In this document: positions 30,027 through 38,288 of the stretch, piece by piece | Position numbering within the stretch: the stretch's first letter is position 1 | How the letters are laid out: every line of letters begins with the position of its first letter | Assembly (NCBI GenBank): GCA_049521055.1 | Contig: JBEKPE010000003.1 | Coordinates: 1 to 48,649 of the forward strand | Direction of reading: 5' to 3' | DNA length: 48,649 nucleotides | From: Candidatus Bathyarchaeia archaeon | Lineage (GTDB): Archaea > Thermoproteota > Bathyarchaeia > 40CM-2-53-6 | The notes under the pieces: generated by a model | What the model saw: the letters and a program-made list of their open reading frames with translations, nothing else | Told to the model about the DNA's origin: nothing | The model's database searches: none | Made by a program: the position numbers and the translations under genes

Positions 30027-31441
30027 CTTTTCGGTACTCCGAATCCGATGCCCATCCAGCTGGTGTCAGGCGTGCGCGTCGAGTACACGGCTAATGCAAG
30101 TGCCCAGAGCTCATCATCGTGAGTTCCATCCGGATGGCTGAATTGGATTTGGCCGCTTTTGGTGAGTTCGTAGTGTTCCACGTTGATTTGGGCGATGAGG
30201 TCTTGGTCGAGGTAGAGGCCGAGGCTTTCGGTTTCCATAATGTTCTTCATGTAACCAAGAATCTCTTGCTTGGACGGGACCGTGAGCATTACGCCCTCGA
30301 TGATGCTCTTGATGTGTACGTTCTTCATTTCCTCGGTTATGTATTCGCCCACACCGGTTCGGTCGACGAGCACTTTCTCGACGCGTTGGAGTTTGTCGCA
30401 GATCACCTTCACGTAGCCGATTACTGTGGCGTATGGTGTCTCGAGGGGAAAGCGAACCATACCTACGAGCTCGGCCGCTTTCTCCTTGGTGTTCCAACGA
30501 ACGATCGCTATGACCGAGAAGTCAACTTTCTTACCGAAGTCGACTCCAACAAAATATCGTCCCGCCGGGGCGACTACGTGCTTTGTCCAGTCGTCGGTGA
30601 TTGGGGCGAGGTCGCTGGCGATACATTGGGCGATTAGTTTCTGCGTGAAGTAGACTAACTCGTCCTCAACGAATTCGGCTAGGTATTCTCGGCGGAACCG
30701 TTCGCTGGGGGTTCGTTGCTTCATCTCGTCGACGAACTTCTGCGTCGTGAGGCCGGCGTCTACGACGTCTTTGATTTTCACCCATTGTTTGCTGAAGGCT
30801 TGTTCCTGGGTGAACTTGTAGAAGACTGAATCCTTGCCCCAGGGCGTGCTACTTGCGATCAGAGTGCCATCGGTTGTCTGCAGCATGGGGAAGAGGACAC
30901 TGTAGAAGACGAGTTCGTCTTCACGAAAGAAGGCTGCTTCGTCGGTGAGCACGTTGCTGGCAGTATAACCTCTCAGGAGATTGGGGTTGTTGGGTAACGC
31001 AACAATCTGCGATCCTTCCCGGAACCAGATAACGGTCCGCTGCATCTTCGCAACGATCAGGCGGCGCAGCGGTTTGTTGATTGAGAGGAGGAAACGGTGG
31101 ATCCTGTCCATAACGATCATGGATTGGCGGCGGCCCGGGGCCACGATGAGGCTGGTGGTGCCGGGGTGGGTGGATGCGTACCAGATCATGCGGACTGCGA
31201 GTGTGGTTGTTTTTCCGGATTGCCTGGGCCATACCACCACTATCCGCTTGCCTTTATCCTCGAGAAGTTTGGCCTGGTATGATGTGGGGTTAAAGCCTAG
31301 GATCTTGATCCCGAACTCAACGGGGTTATCTTCGTAGTCCTTAGCATTCCATGTTGTAGGTTGTTTTTCAGGACCCGTGAGCTGGATGGCTGCCTCGGCG
31401 TCTTCAGCTTGCTTGAGTAGGCTTGCTTGTTCCTTCCTCAA
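30023..31441 (-). CDS. terL: Terminase large subunit (Terminase_6-like ATPase plus RNase H-fold nuclease)
   Basis: YQ adenine motif, PRQSGKTT Walker A, LTDEAAF Walker B, STP coupling motif, GVDFG...DFS, HDDELWALALA. Confidence 0.92.
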   Translation of the reverse strand: MRKEQASLLKQAEDAEAAIQLTGPEKQPTTWNAKDYEDNPVEFGIKILGFNPTSYQAKLLEDKGKRIVVVWPRQSGKTTTLAVRMIWYASTHPGTTSLIVAPGRRQSMIVMDRIHRFLLSINKPLRRLIVAKMQRTVIWFREGSQIVALPNNPNLLRGYTASNVLTDEAAFFREDELVFYSVLFPMLQTTDGTLIASSTPWGKDSVFYKFTQEQAFSKQWVKIKDVVDAGLTTQKFVDEMKQRTPSERFRREYLAEFVEDELVYFTQKLIAQCIASDLAPITDDWTKHVVAPAGRYFVGVDFGKKVDFSVIAIVRWNTKEKAAELVGMVRFPLETPYATVIGYVKVICDKLQRVEKVLVDRTGVGEYITEEMKNVHIKSIIEGVMLTVPSKQEILGYMKNIMETESLGLYLDQDLIAQINVEHYELTKSGQIQFSHPDGTHDDELWALALAVYSTRTPDTSWMGIGFGVPKS

Positions 31442-31973
31442 ATTCTCTAAGCTTCGTTTTGAGAAGCTCGTTGGTTTTCACCAGCTGGTCCACAAGTGCG
31501 GTGATGTCGCCGCGTTGGTAGTCACGTAGGACGCATTGGGCTGAGAGTGAGGCTTGGGTGGCGACTTGCATGGCTGTCATTCGGGCCCCTGCCTTTCTCG
31601 CTAACTCTTCATTCTCACTCAGCTTCACAGCATCTCTTAGAATCCCGAGGGCGGTGCGGTAGAGTTCCTCACGTTCAGCTTGGACGTCTACGCTTGCGGC
31701 AATTCGCACTCCGTAGATGTGGAGTTCAAGTTCCTTCACGAGACTGTCCATGTGGTGTAGGGTGGGATACACCCCCCCGGGCGACTGGGATACACCCTTA
31801 CCCAACTTTGGGTAGGGTTCATCGGTCACCCACCCCTTGATAATTAACCGGACAAGTTCAGAGACCGTTTTCGAATCGGCAACAGCGTAAGCCCGCAACC
31901 CCTGCCGCGTAATCTCATCGAAACGAGTGACAAGCTGAGGACTTCCTTTCGAAGGCAAAGTTATTCGCTCCAC
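31404..31973 (-). CDS. RHH-like DNA-binding domain plus helical region; candidate terminase small subunit
   Basis: QLVTRFDEITRQGLRAYA...TVSELVRLII resembles ribbon-helix-helix; overlaps terL start; start uncertain (31958, 31973 or 32012). Confidence 0.5.
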   Translation of the reverse strand: MERITLPSKGSPQLVTRFDEITRQGLRAYAVADSKTVSELVRLIIKGWVTDEPYPKLGKGVSQSPGGVYPTLHHMDSLVKELELHIYGVRIAASVDVQAEREELYRTALGILRDAVKLSENEELARKAGARMTAMQVATQASLSAQCVLRDYQRGDITALVDQLVKTNELLKTKLREFEEGTSKPTQAS

Positions 31974-32001
31974 AAGTCTGTGCCTATAGTTTACAACGAT
32001 T

Positions 32002-32045
32002 ATATAGGTCATAGGGACGATACTTATAATGAATGTGACCTATAT
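32002..32045. promoter_or_regulatory. Divergent promoter with a perfect 10-bp inverted repeat (candidate operator)
   Basis: ATATAGGTCA-N24-TGACCTATAT encloses TTATAA; the left arm overlaps a minus-strand TATATAA. Confidence 0.55.
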
Positions 32046-32547
32046 GCGCCGAACACCTAGGGTAGTCCTGATGGCGAAGTTCATGAGGGTACTTTGTGAA
32101 TCGGAAGAGCCGCTGAACAAGTACCAAATCGAGAAGCGCTCGAAACTCAGTAAGGGGACCGTTTACAACATGGTCGATCATTTGAGACGGGTAGGTTGGA
32201 TAGAAGTTACCTCAACAGCCAGATCCCGCGTAGGCCTACGGGTCGAGTATTACAGGCTGACCGAGCTAGGGCAGTTCAGGGCCACTACGAGCAACCCAGA
32301 CTTAGAACCTCAGGTCAGGAATCTGCTGGGACACCGATTCGACGAGTTACAGGAAAAGGCGACCAAAGCACACCTGAACCGTTTCCGTGAGGAACTGAGA
32401 ATGGCCGAGGAAGTGTTCACTCGCGGAACGGCGCCGCCAAACTGGGCACTAAGAATCGATCTAACAGCAGACGAGAAAGGCCGACTCAGATACTCCGTAA
32501 GGAGAGGCATAGACCCCAAGAAGATTAAACGCGCACTCAGTACTTGA
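32044..32547 (+). CDS. Winged-helix (MarR/PadR/ArsR-like) transcription regulator
   Basis: LNKYQIEKRSKLSKGTVYNMVDHL...GWIE...YYRLTELG. Confidence 0.8.
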   Translation: MRRTPRVVLMAKFMRVLCESEEPLNKYQIEKRSKLSKGTVYNMVDHLRRVGWIEVTSTARSRVGLRVEYYRLTELGQFRATTSNPDLEPQVRNLLGHRFDELQEKATKAHLNRFREELRMAEEVFTRGTAPPNWALRIDLTADEKGRLRYSVRRGIDPKKIKRALST

Positions 32548-32702
32548 CGTGGACTGTTTACTTGAGCTAGATAGGAACGGCTTCTCCCGTGCCGCCTGCG
32601 TGCCAGCCCATCCGCTGACCGTAATCGAGGGCTTCGAGGGTTCTGTTCAAACTGTCTCGACGGCCGGGGCGACGCTGAGGACTCTTAGAAGATGTAAGAG
32701 TT

Positions 32703-32751
32703 TTGGACCCAAAGTTTGGAGCCGGGGATGGGAGCCGAAAATGATGTCCAA
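32703..32751 (-). repeat. 49-bp att-like site, copy C, with a tRNA 3'-like core
   Basis: TTGGAC-N5-GTT...N5-GTCCAA; minus-strand core TTCGGCTCCCATCCCCGGCTCCA; 31/49 ungapped identity to the copy at 37690 (manual count). Confidence 0.6.
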
Positions 32752-32805
32752 TTCCCATTTTTCCTGACAGACTGGCATTGGCTGCTGGAGCCTGGGTCGT
32801 GGCAG

Positions 32806-32840
32806 GTGTAAGTATTGTTTGTACACGGGTATACTTACAC
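32806..32840. repeat. Perfect 10-bp inverted repeat between convergent genes
   Basis: GTGTAAGTAT-N15-ATACTTACAC. Confidence 0.6.
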
Positions 32841-32947
32841 AAGATCGGTGGTCGGGTAGTGGTATCGTTCCTTTTTCTCCTCTGCTGGTGGATTGATGGA
32901 GGAAACGCACCCATCAGGCATATCACTGGAGTATGTTACTGCCGTAG

Positions 32948-34552
32948 TCAAGTCTGCTTTAACGCGCGTGAACGTCGCTTACCGATGTTGTAACCAAAAA
33001 CGATCGCTAGTACAAGTATTACGCCAATAACGGCTAAACCCCACGGACCTTGAGGAACGAATGCCATAGGAGGCTCCACGTAAGTGCTAGTCTCCATAGG
33101 TAGCGATTGTGTTGTCTCTGATTGGCTGTAGGTTAGCGACTGGAGACCAGAGATGTATTGCAATCCTCCCGTTTGTGATTGAATCAACGTCAGCTGCGAC
33201 GGCCAAAGTAGTTCGTTTTGTTTTCTAAGTTGTTCTCCGGTTCCTGCCATGATGTCGTTGGGTCCTATCACTGATACGCCGTAGGGGATGCTTGGGCAGA
33301 GACCAGGGAATATCCCGCATCCTGAGATTGCAGTGAGAGACGTTACCTGTTGCCAGCCGTAAGTCGTCCAATATGTAAGATTTCTAAATTCGACCGGGCC
33401 CAGACTTCCACTCGCCGAAGTCGAGGTAGTTACCTCTTCTGCCACAAAGTACGCTGCATCTTTGGATTTCGTCACTTGGAAATCGTTGGAGGATACTGTT
33501 TGTCCGTCAAGAACGAAATCCCATCCGTTCGCGACATTTGGCCAAATCTGATAAAGATGCCAAGAACCATCCGGCCCGGCCGAATTTGCAGGCCCGATGC
33601 CAGTATAGAAATTAGTTACGTTTGCAATTGGCCAATATTGCCAGAACCAACGCGCATTGCCGTAGCCGATCGTAACGGAAGAGCCCAAACAGTTCGTGCT
33701 GGCTCCTACGGTCTGCCCGTACAAACAATAGTAACCAGGGCTGAAAAGCTGATAGCCAAACTGAATGAAAGCCCCATTTTGTAAATTGTCGCCTACCCAG
33801 AAAGAATTGCTCAGATCGGGCGCAACGACGTTGTAGCTGTGAGTGCGTATTTCAGCGCCAACGCCCGTATTGCCCACTGAGGCATCATCTCCCGAAGCCC
33901 CAACCTGAAGACTATAGGTCGTCTGAGGCGGGGCTGAATAGACTGTGATGGTTTTCGAGTCGGTAGCAGTTCGCCCGGTGCTGTCCGTGATTGAAATAAC
34001 AATGGTGTATGTCCCAGTCATCGTGTAAGTGTGGCGCGGACAGCTCTGACCACAAGAAGTCACATCATTAGATGAGGTGTCCCCCCAGTAGATTACAACA
34101 CTCACCGGTCCAACAGCGCCATCGTAACTGTAGTGGTAAGATGGGCTGAAAGGCGCTGATCCGCTAAGAGGACTGACCGTGAGCGTTATCGAGAGAGCTG
34201 AATAGACTGTAATGGTCTCTGAATCTGTTGCAGTTCTTCCAGTGCCATCTGTGATTGAAATTGAAATCGTATAAGTTCCAGCAAGTGCGTAACTGTGACC
34301 TGGACAATTGTAACCGCAATTAGTCAGATCATTCGACGAGCCATCTCCCCAGTAAACCAAGATCATTACCGTGCCCACAGAGTTTCTGTAGCTAAATTGA
34401 CAGGATGGACTGAAGGGTGCTGGACCACTTAGTGGACTGCATGTTAATGTTATGGAGAGAGAATCTTGGGCGTTTGCCGTCTTGAAAGTAAGTAGAAGAA
34501 GGAGAGTCAAGACCGACACCACGAATGTCACGTAGCCGTTTCTACTAATCAA
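32948..34552 (-). CDS. Secreted, membrane-anchored protein: two PKD repeats plus a G1 glutamic-peptidase-like beta domain
   Basis: Signal peptide; two WGDG...H.Y...GTYT repeats; FWVG..FIQFG..WFWQYWP..FVAEE..PVEF; C-terminal TM helix with basic tail. Confidence 0.75.
   Translation of the reverse strand: MISRNGYVTFVVSVLTLLLLLTFKTANAQDSLSITLTCSPLSGPAPFSPSCQFSYRNSVGTVMILVYWGDGSSNDLTNCGYNCPGHSYALAGTYTISISITDGTGRTATDSETITVYSALSITLTVSPLSGSAPFSPSYHYSYDGAVGPVSVVIYWGDTSSNDVTSCGQSCPRHTYTMTGTYTIVISITDSTGRTATDSKTITVYSAPPQTTYSLQVGASGDDASVGNTGVGAEIRTHSYNVVAPDLSNSFWVGDNLQNGAFIQFGYQLFSPGYYCLYGQTVGASTNCLGSSVTIGYGNARWFWQYWPIANVTNFYTGIGPANSAGPDGSWHLYQIWPNVANGWDFVLDGQTVSSNDFQVTKSKDAAYFVAEEVTTSTSASGSLGPVEFRNLTYWTTYGWQQVTSLTAISGCGIFPGLCPSIPYGVSVIGPNDIMAGTGEQLRKQNELLWPSQLTLIQSQTGGLQYISGLQSLTYSQSETTQSLPMETSTYVEPPMAFVPQGPWGLAVIGVILVLAIVFGYNIGKRRSRALKQT
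33935..34462 (-). repeat. Intragenic tandem duplication encoding two ~88-aa PKD domains (boundaries approximate)
   Basis: LSITLT.SPLSG.APFSPS...TGRTATDS.TITVYSA occurs twice. Confidence 0.85.
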
Positions 34553-34780
34553 CGGCTAACCGCCCTCAAGATTTCTGTGCGGAGACTCATGCAAAACGTC
34601 GCTAAATTGATTGCGTTACCAAATTGATATTGCAAATTGTGTTCCTGAAACAAAAAACATGTTACTGCGGTCGTAGTCTAGTCTGGTCTAGAGTCTGGTT
34701 TTCGTGAGGTTTTAGCAAGTTAATGCCCTAGTGGATGATAGGCTACGGTAGGTAACCCAGATGTCCTTGAAGTAACTATT

Positions 34781-34829
34781 CTGAACTAAAGATATGGCGC
34801 CAGGAGAGGGAGCTGAACTAAAGGTTCAC
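34781..34829 (-). repeat. 49-bp att-like site, copy B, with a degenerate tRNA-Ser-like 3' core
   Basis: 40/49 ungapped identity to 37690-37738 (manual count); minus-strand core GTTCAGCTCCCTCTCCTGGCGCCA. Confidence 0.85.
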
Positions 34830-34878
34830 AATCTCACAAGTGGATGTCGAGCCGATTAACCTCTTGGAGTTCTTTCAT

Positions 34879-36897
34879 CTATTGTCCCTGTATCGCGAAG
34901 TCTGTCTCAAAGCTCGCACTTGAACTACCAAAAGAAAACCCAGCAACTTCGATCCATGACCACAAGTGTACCTCGGTGCTGCCGGACTCATGCGGATTAA
35001 GATCGAACACAACGCGATATTGCTCCACTCCGTTGCTGTTTACCATAATTGGAAATTCAGAGACGGAGTAGACGTTTGGTGTTGTGAATTCGCTAGGTGG
35101 CTGTGGTGGGGTAGGTCCAGTGATTCCTAGAAGCCCCGCCATTGTTTCGTAAAAGCCAGCCGCAGTTCCAATTCCCGGGACTAAACCTATGATTCCATAA
35201 AGTGCGGTTTGGTCTATTTCCTGTTGATTCTTCACGCTCGTAATATCTATTTGCTGCCAACCGCTGGTGCCGAGTTCCGGCGGCGGATAATAGTAATATC
35301 CCTCGTATCGCACCCCACCTAGATCTGGTCCCTGACGTCTATCTAAGGACAGGAGGATAGTTCCCGACGTTATCGATGTAGCTGGGTAAAACATACCCAA
35401 CTGATTGCCCTTCCACAATTGGATTAGGATCGTGTATTCTCCCCACTGCTGTGTTGTCACAGAAGTCGGCCCGCAAACAAAGTATTTCACAGAAAATCCA
35501 GACAGTGCTCCCGTAACAGTAGCTGTTCCTGACGCACCCGGAATAAGTGGTTCTGGAGTTATCGGGATAGTTGCACCCTGTGTGCATACATTGGTCGAAC
35601 TTTGGCTTTGAATTAGAGTGAGCGTTACGGTTCCTCCCCCTGCCAGGTTAAGCACTTGAGTTTTGGTTTGATATCCCGTGGCTGATACCGAGAAAGTGTA
35701 ACTGCTGGGATTCGGCAGGTTCACTGAGCAGGAACCAGTTGGGTCAGTCGTACATGAAATAGATGGGTTACCAGTATCCACGAGTGAAGCATCGGCAATT
35801 GGGTTGCCCGAGACGTCAACAACTTTGAACCCCACAGTTAGTGAAGTCGAAGTTGAAGTTGTGCCGGTCGTAGGTTGGAACACGAATACCCCAATCAAAT
35901 CAGCCGCATTATTGGTATTCTGACCGGTGATACACTGCGAAGTGGTTTCTTTCACATTGTAGTTTCCTTGTCCCAGAACGGCGTGACCGATCGTGATAGC
36001 ATTTGATCTCGTCCCTTGGTTAGTTGCATCCTGGATAAACCCTGTAAGCCCACTAACAGCCAGACATTGCTCGTCTCCTCCTAGAGCAAATACAACAACC
36101 AAACTATTGGATGTAGAAACTTGGAAATTCACCGACACGCTGGATGCACCCGGTGACGTATTACTGTTGAAATAGGGGATCACTTGACCCAAGTAACCCG
36201 AAACCCCAATTCCTCCTGTCGAATAAGACGAGGTTTGCGTTGAAAACGAGTTTGCATCACTAGGGGTATAAGCTAACCCAGCTACTATGTTCCCCGCAGC
36301 ATTTGTGGCTGATTGATACGAACCGTACGCGAATGGCATACTTGCAAGCCGGCCCCCCGTAACAAAACCGTAAAGGTACAGATTACTTCCTGACTGCAAG
36401 GTCAAGCTGTTCGTCTGAGCAATCGTCGGGCCAGATACTGTAGGTGACGAAGGGAGGAAGAATGGGTCGCCAACTCCTGGATCGCAGCTGCCGGGTGTGA
36501 CATTCGACAACGTCTGGTTGGCGCTTCCAGTGTTCCCGCCGCTGTCGTAGGCTACGACGCTCACTGAGTATGTTCCAGCAGCCGCGAAAATGTGCGTACG
36601 TACGTCGCTAACCAAACTCTCCGCTGAGAAGGGTAAATCCAGCGTTGACCCGTCCCCGAAATCCCAATGCAAATTCGTAATCCACAACCCACTTGATGTC
36701 TGCGCGTGAACATCGAGCTGGTATGCGCAAGGACCCGAAGTAATGGCTGTGGGGGAATCGAACCAAACCTGCAACGGTTGGTTAGCGGTTTGATATGAAG
36801 AGGCTGCATACACCGCAACACTCAACCCCGGCATGATTGATGACAGTAGGACGATCGCGATGAGAAACGGAAGAACGGCAAATGAAAGACGCTTCAA
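34879..36897 (-). CDS. Secreted Ser/Thr-rich surface protein with a PKD domain and a carboxypeptidase-regulatory-like Ig domain
   Basis: Signal peptide, WDFGDG, V.D.SGNPIADA...TD.TG...Y...VSATGY. Confidence 0.8.
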   Translation of the reverse strand: MKRLSFAVLPFLIAIVLLSSIMPGLSVAVYAASSYQTANQPLQVWFDSPTAITSGPCAYQLDVHAQTSSGLWITNLHWDFGDGSTLDLPFSAESLVSDVRTHIFAAAGTYSVSVVAYDSGGNTGSANQTLSNVTPGSCDPGVGDPFFLPSSPTVSGPTIAQTNSLTLQSGSNLYLYGFVTGGRLASMPFAYGSYQSATNAAGNIVAGLAYTPSDANSFSTQTSSYSTGGIGVSGYLGQVIPYFNSNTSPGASSVSVNFQVSTSNSLVVVFALGGDEQCLAVSGLTGFIQDATNQGTRSNAITIGHAVLGQGNYNVKETTSQCITGQNTNNAADLIGVFVFQPTTGTTSTSTSLTVGFKVVDVSGNPIADASLVDTGNPSISCTTDPTGSCSVNLPNPSSYTFSVSATGYQTKTQVLNLAGGGTVTLTLIQSQSSTNVCTQGATIPITPEPLIPGASGTATVTGALSGFSVKYFVCGPTSVTTQQWGEYTILIQLWKGNQLGMFYPATSITSGTILLSLDRRQGPDLGGVRYEGYYYYPPPELGTSGWQQIDITSVKNQQEIDQTALYGIIGLVPGIGTAAGFYETMAGLLGITGPTPPQPPSEFTTPNVYSVSEFPIMVNSNGVEQYRVVFDLNPHESGSTEVHLWSWIEVAGFSFGSSSASFETDFAIQGQ

Positions 36898-37315
36898 TGT
36901 TGATCAGTGCAGGGACCGGAGCCTGAGAAGATACAACGACAACTGTTAACGTACCAAGCAAAGCGTCAGCCCTCGGCTGTTCTGATGTACCATCTGATGA
37001 CCACAGGTGACCATCGAGGTACTCAAGGATTTGTCAAATGAGACTGCTGGCTGTAGACCTTTTTTAACCCTTGATTGCCGCGAGCTCTAGAAGGGTATAG
37101 GCGTTCTCAGCGGAGCCACTTTGATGCCAATTTGGCCTTTAGAAATTCTCAACTTCACGTCTACACACGCGAATATGGCCCGAAGCTACCTGCAGAGACA
37201 GGGGCAAAGACCGTCCATCCATCACTTGGCATGAGTCCGGCACAAGTCGGCAGAATGTTTTTCGACAAAGCAAGTGAGAATGTCAGTTCTTTAGGGTTGT
37301 CTCTACTATTGGTGG

Positions 37316-37669
37316 ATGATAGAACGTAAGCCGACAGTCCCTAAATTAGGGGTGATAGTCTGGGCTAGTCGGTGTGTCTTGGGGTCGCAGATTAATGAGA
37401 CGGCGTTGAAGCGAGTAACCTGCTGGGCGTTCTACTATCTCGGCCTGATTGACGGAATGTCGAGGAGTCTGGATACCATTAAGGGATTAAATCCTGAACC
37501 TTTGAACGATCTCGAATGGCAAACTGAACTCCGGAGCCATCTACCACCTGAATTGGCCGGCCTTCGGCATCCAGACACAAACGGAGAACCCGCAATTAGA
37601 ATAATAAAACAGGAATTAGCGCAGGCCCTGCATGGAACAAAACGACAACGCCACAGAACAAGCAAGTGA
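37316..37669 (+). CDS. Hypothetical protein, possibly a gene fragment
   Basis: ORF only; ends about 20 bp before site A. Confidence 0.3.
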   Translation: MIERKPTVPKLGVIVWASRCVLGSQINETALKRVTCWAFYYLGLIDGMSRSLDTIKGLNPEPLNDLEWQTELRSHLPPELAGLRHPDTNGEPAIRIIKQELAQALHGTKRQRHRTSK

Positions 37670-37689
37670 GGATAGCTGATTTCAGGATT

Positions 37690-37738
37690 CTGAACCTAAG
37701 GTTTGGCGCTGGGAGAGGGATTTGAACTAAAGGTTCAA
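37690..37738 (-). repeat. 49-bp att-like site, copy A, containing a 24-nt tRNA 3' end (T-loop to CCA; Ser-like, G discriminator)
   Basis: Minus strand 37727-37704 reads GTTCAAATCCCTCTCCCAGCGCCA; flanked by CTGAAC-N5-GTT and TTGAAC-N5-GTTCAA; no 5' tRNA portion. Confidence 0.85.
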
Positions 37739-37767
37739 GCTCCCTACATTTGGGGTTTCTAGCGGCT

Positions 37768-37838
37768 CTGAACCCAAAGTTCAGGGCCTCGGGCGGGAAT
37801 CCTACGAGTACCGTAGTTGCAATCCCATCCCCGTTCAG
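37768..37838. repeat. Related site, copy D, foldable as a ~70-nt hairpin
   Basis: CTGAAC-CCAAA-GTTCAG box; minus-strand TCCCGCCCGAGGCC tRNA-like core; CTACG-N5-CGTAG; plus-strand AATCCCATCCCCG; closing GTTCAG. Confidence 0.55.
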
Positions 37839-37865
37839 CGGTCGACATTGGTAAGCCGATCTCAA

Positions 37866-38282
37866 TTATTCGGAACTGAATCCCAGCTTCTTCAAAAGCT
37901 GGTCAGTATTTTCTTCAAGTAGTTTCTGTATGAATCCAGGGTAGTTCCGAGTGGTGTCCAAAACCGCTTTGACCATCTCAAGAACATCTTTATCATATGT
38001 ATGAATTTCGAACTCGTAATCTAGACAACCACATAGGAAGAAGCTCCCCGCATCGTCGTCTGAGAGACACTTCTGAACTTTAGCAGAGAAATCAAGCGGA
38101 GAAGGTCCGGTCGACGAGGCTGCAAACACGGAGCGCCCCGCGATAATTGCGCTGAGGTCTCCTTTTAACTCGAAGCTTGTGCTAGGAAACACCCTCACAA
38201 GCGGTCCCGCAGCTGCCTGCCAATTCCAAATGATTTTGAGTCGTTTTGGCCTAAGCTCGCAGGCGCGAAGTTGGTTGCTCAT
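37866..38282 (-). CDS. Hypothetical protein (last gene of the four-gene operon)
   Basis: 138-aa ORF starting 6 bp after the preceding stop. Confidence 0.6.
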   Translation of the reverse strand: MSNQLRACELRPKRLKIIWNWQAAAGPLVRVFPSTSFELKGDLSAIIAGRSVFAASSTGPSPLDFSAKVQKCLSDDDAGSFFLCGCLDYEFEIHTYDKDVLEMVKAVLDTTRNYPGFIQKLLEENTDQLLKKLGFSSE

Positions 38283-38288
38283 ACTTAC

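Noticed and set aside
29700-32700. Complete provirus
   Set aside because: No portal, capsid, tail or integrase genes recognisable in the window.
32549-32993. Short overlapping ORFs between the wHTH and PKD genes
   Set aside because: Mutually overlapping, motif-free and crossing the repeat site; treated as non-coding.
34674-34698. Short imperfect repeats of AGTCT(A/G)G
   Set aside because: Too short and degenerate to assign a function.
37704-37790. Intact tRNA gene on the minus strand
   Set aside because: Only the last 24 nt are tRNA-like; the 5' T-stem strand, anticodon arm, D arm and 5' acceptor strand are absent.
32703-37838. CRISPR array
   Set aside because: Repeats are kilobases apart and separated by whole genes; no regular spacers and no cas genes.
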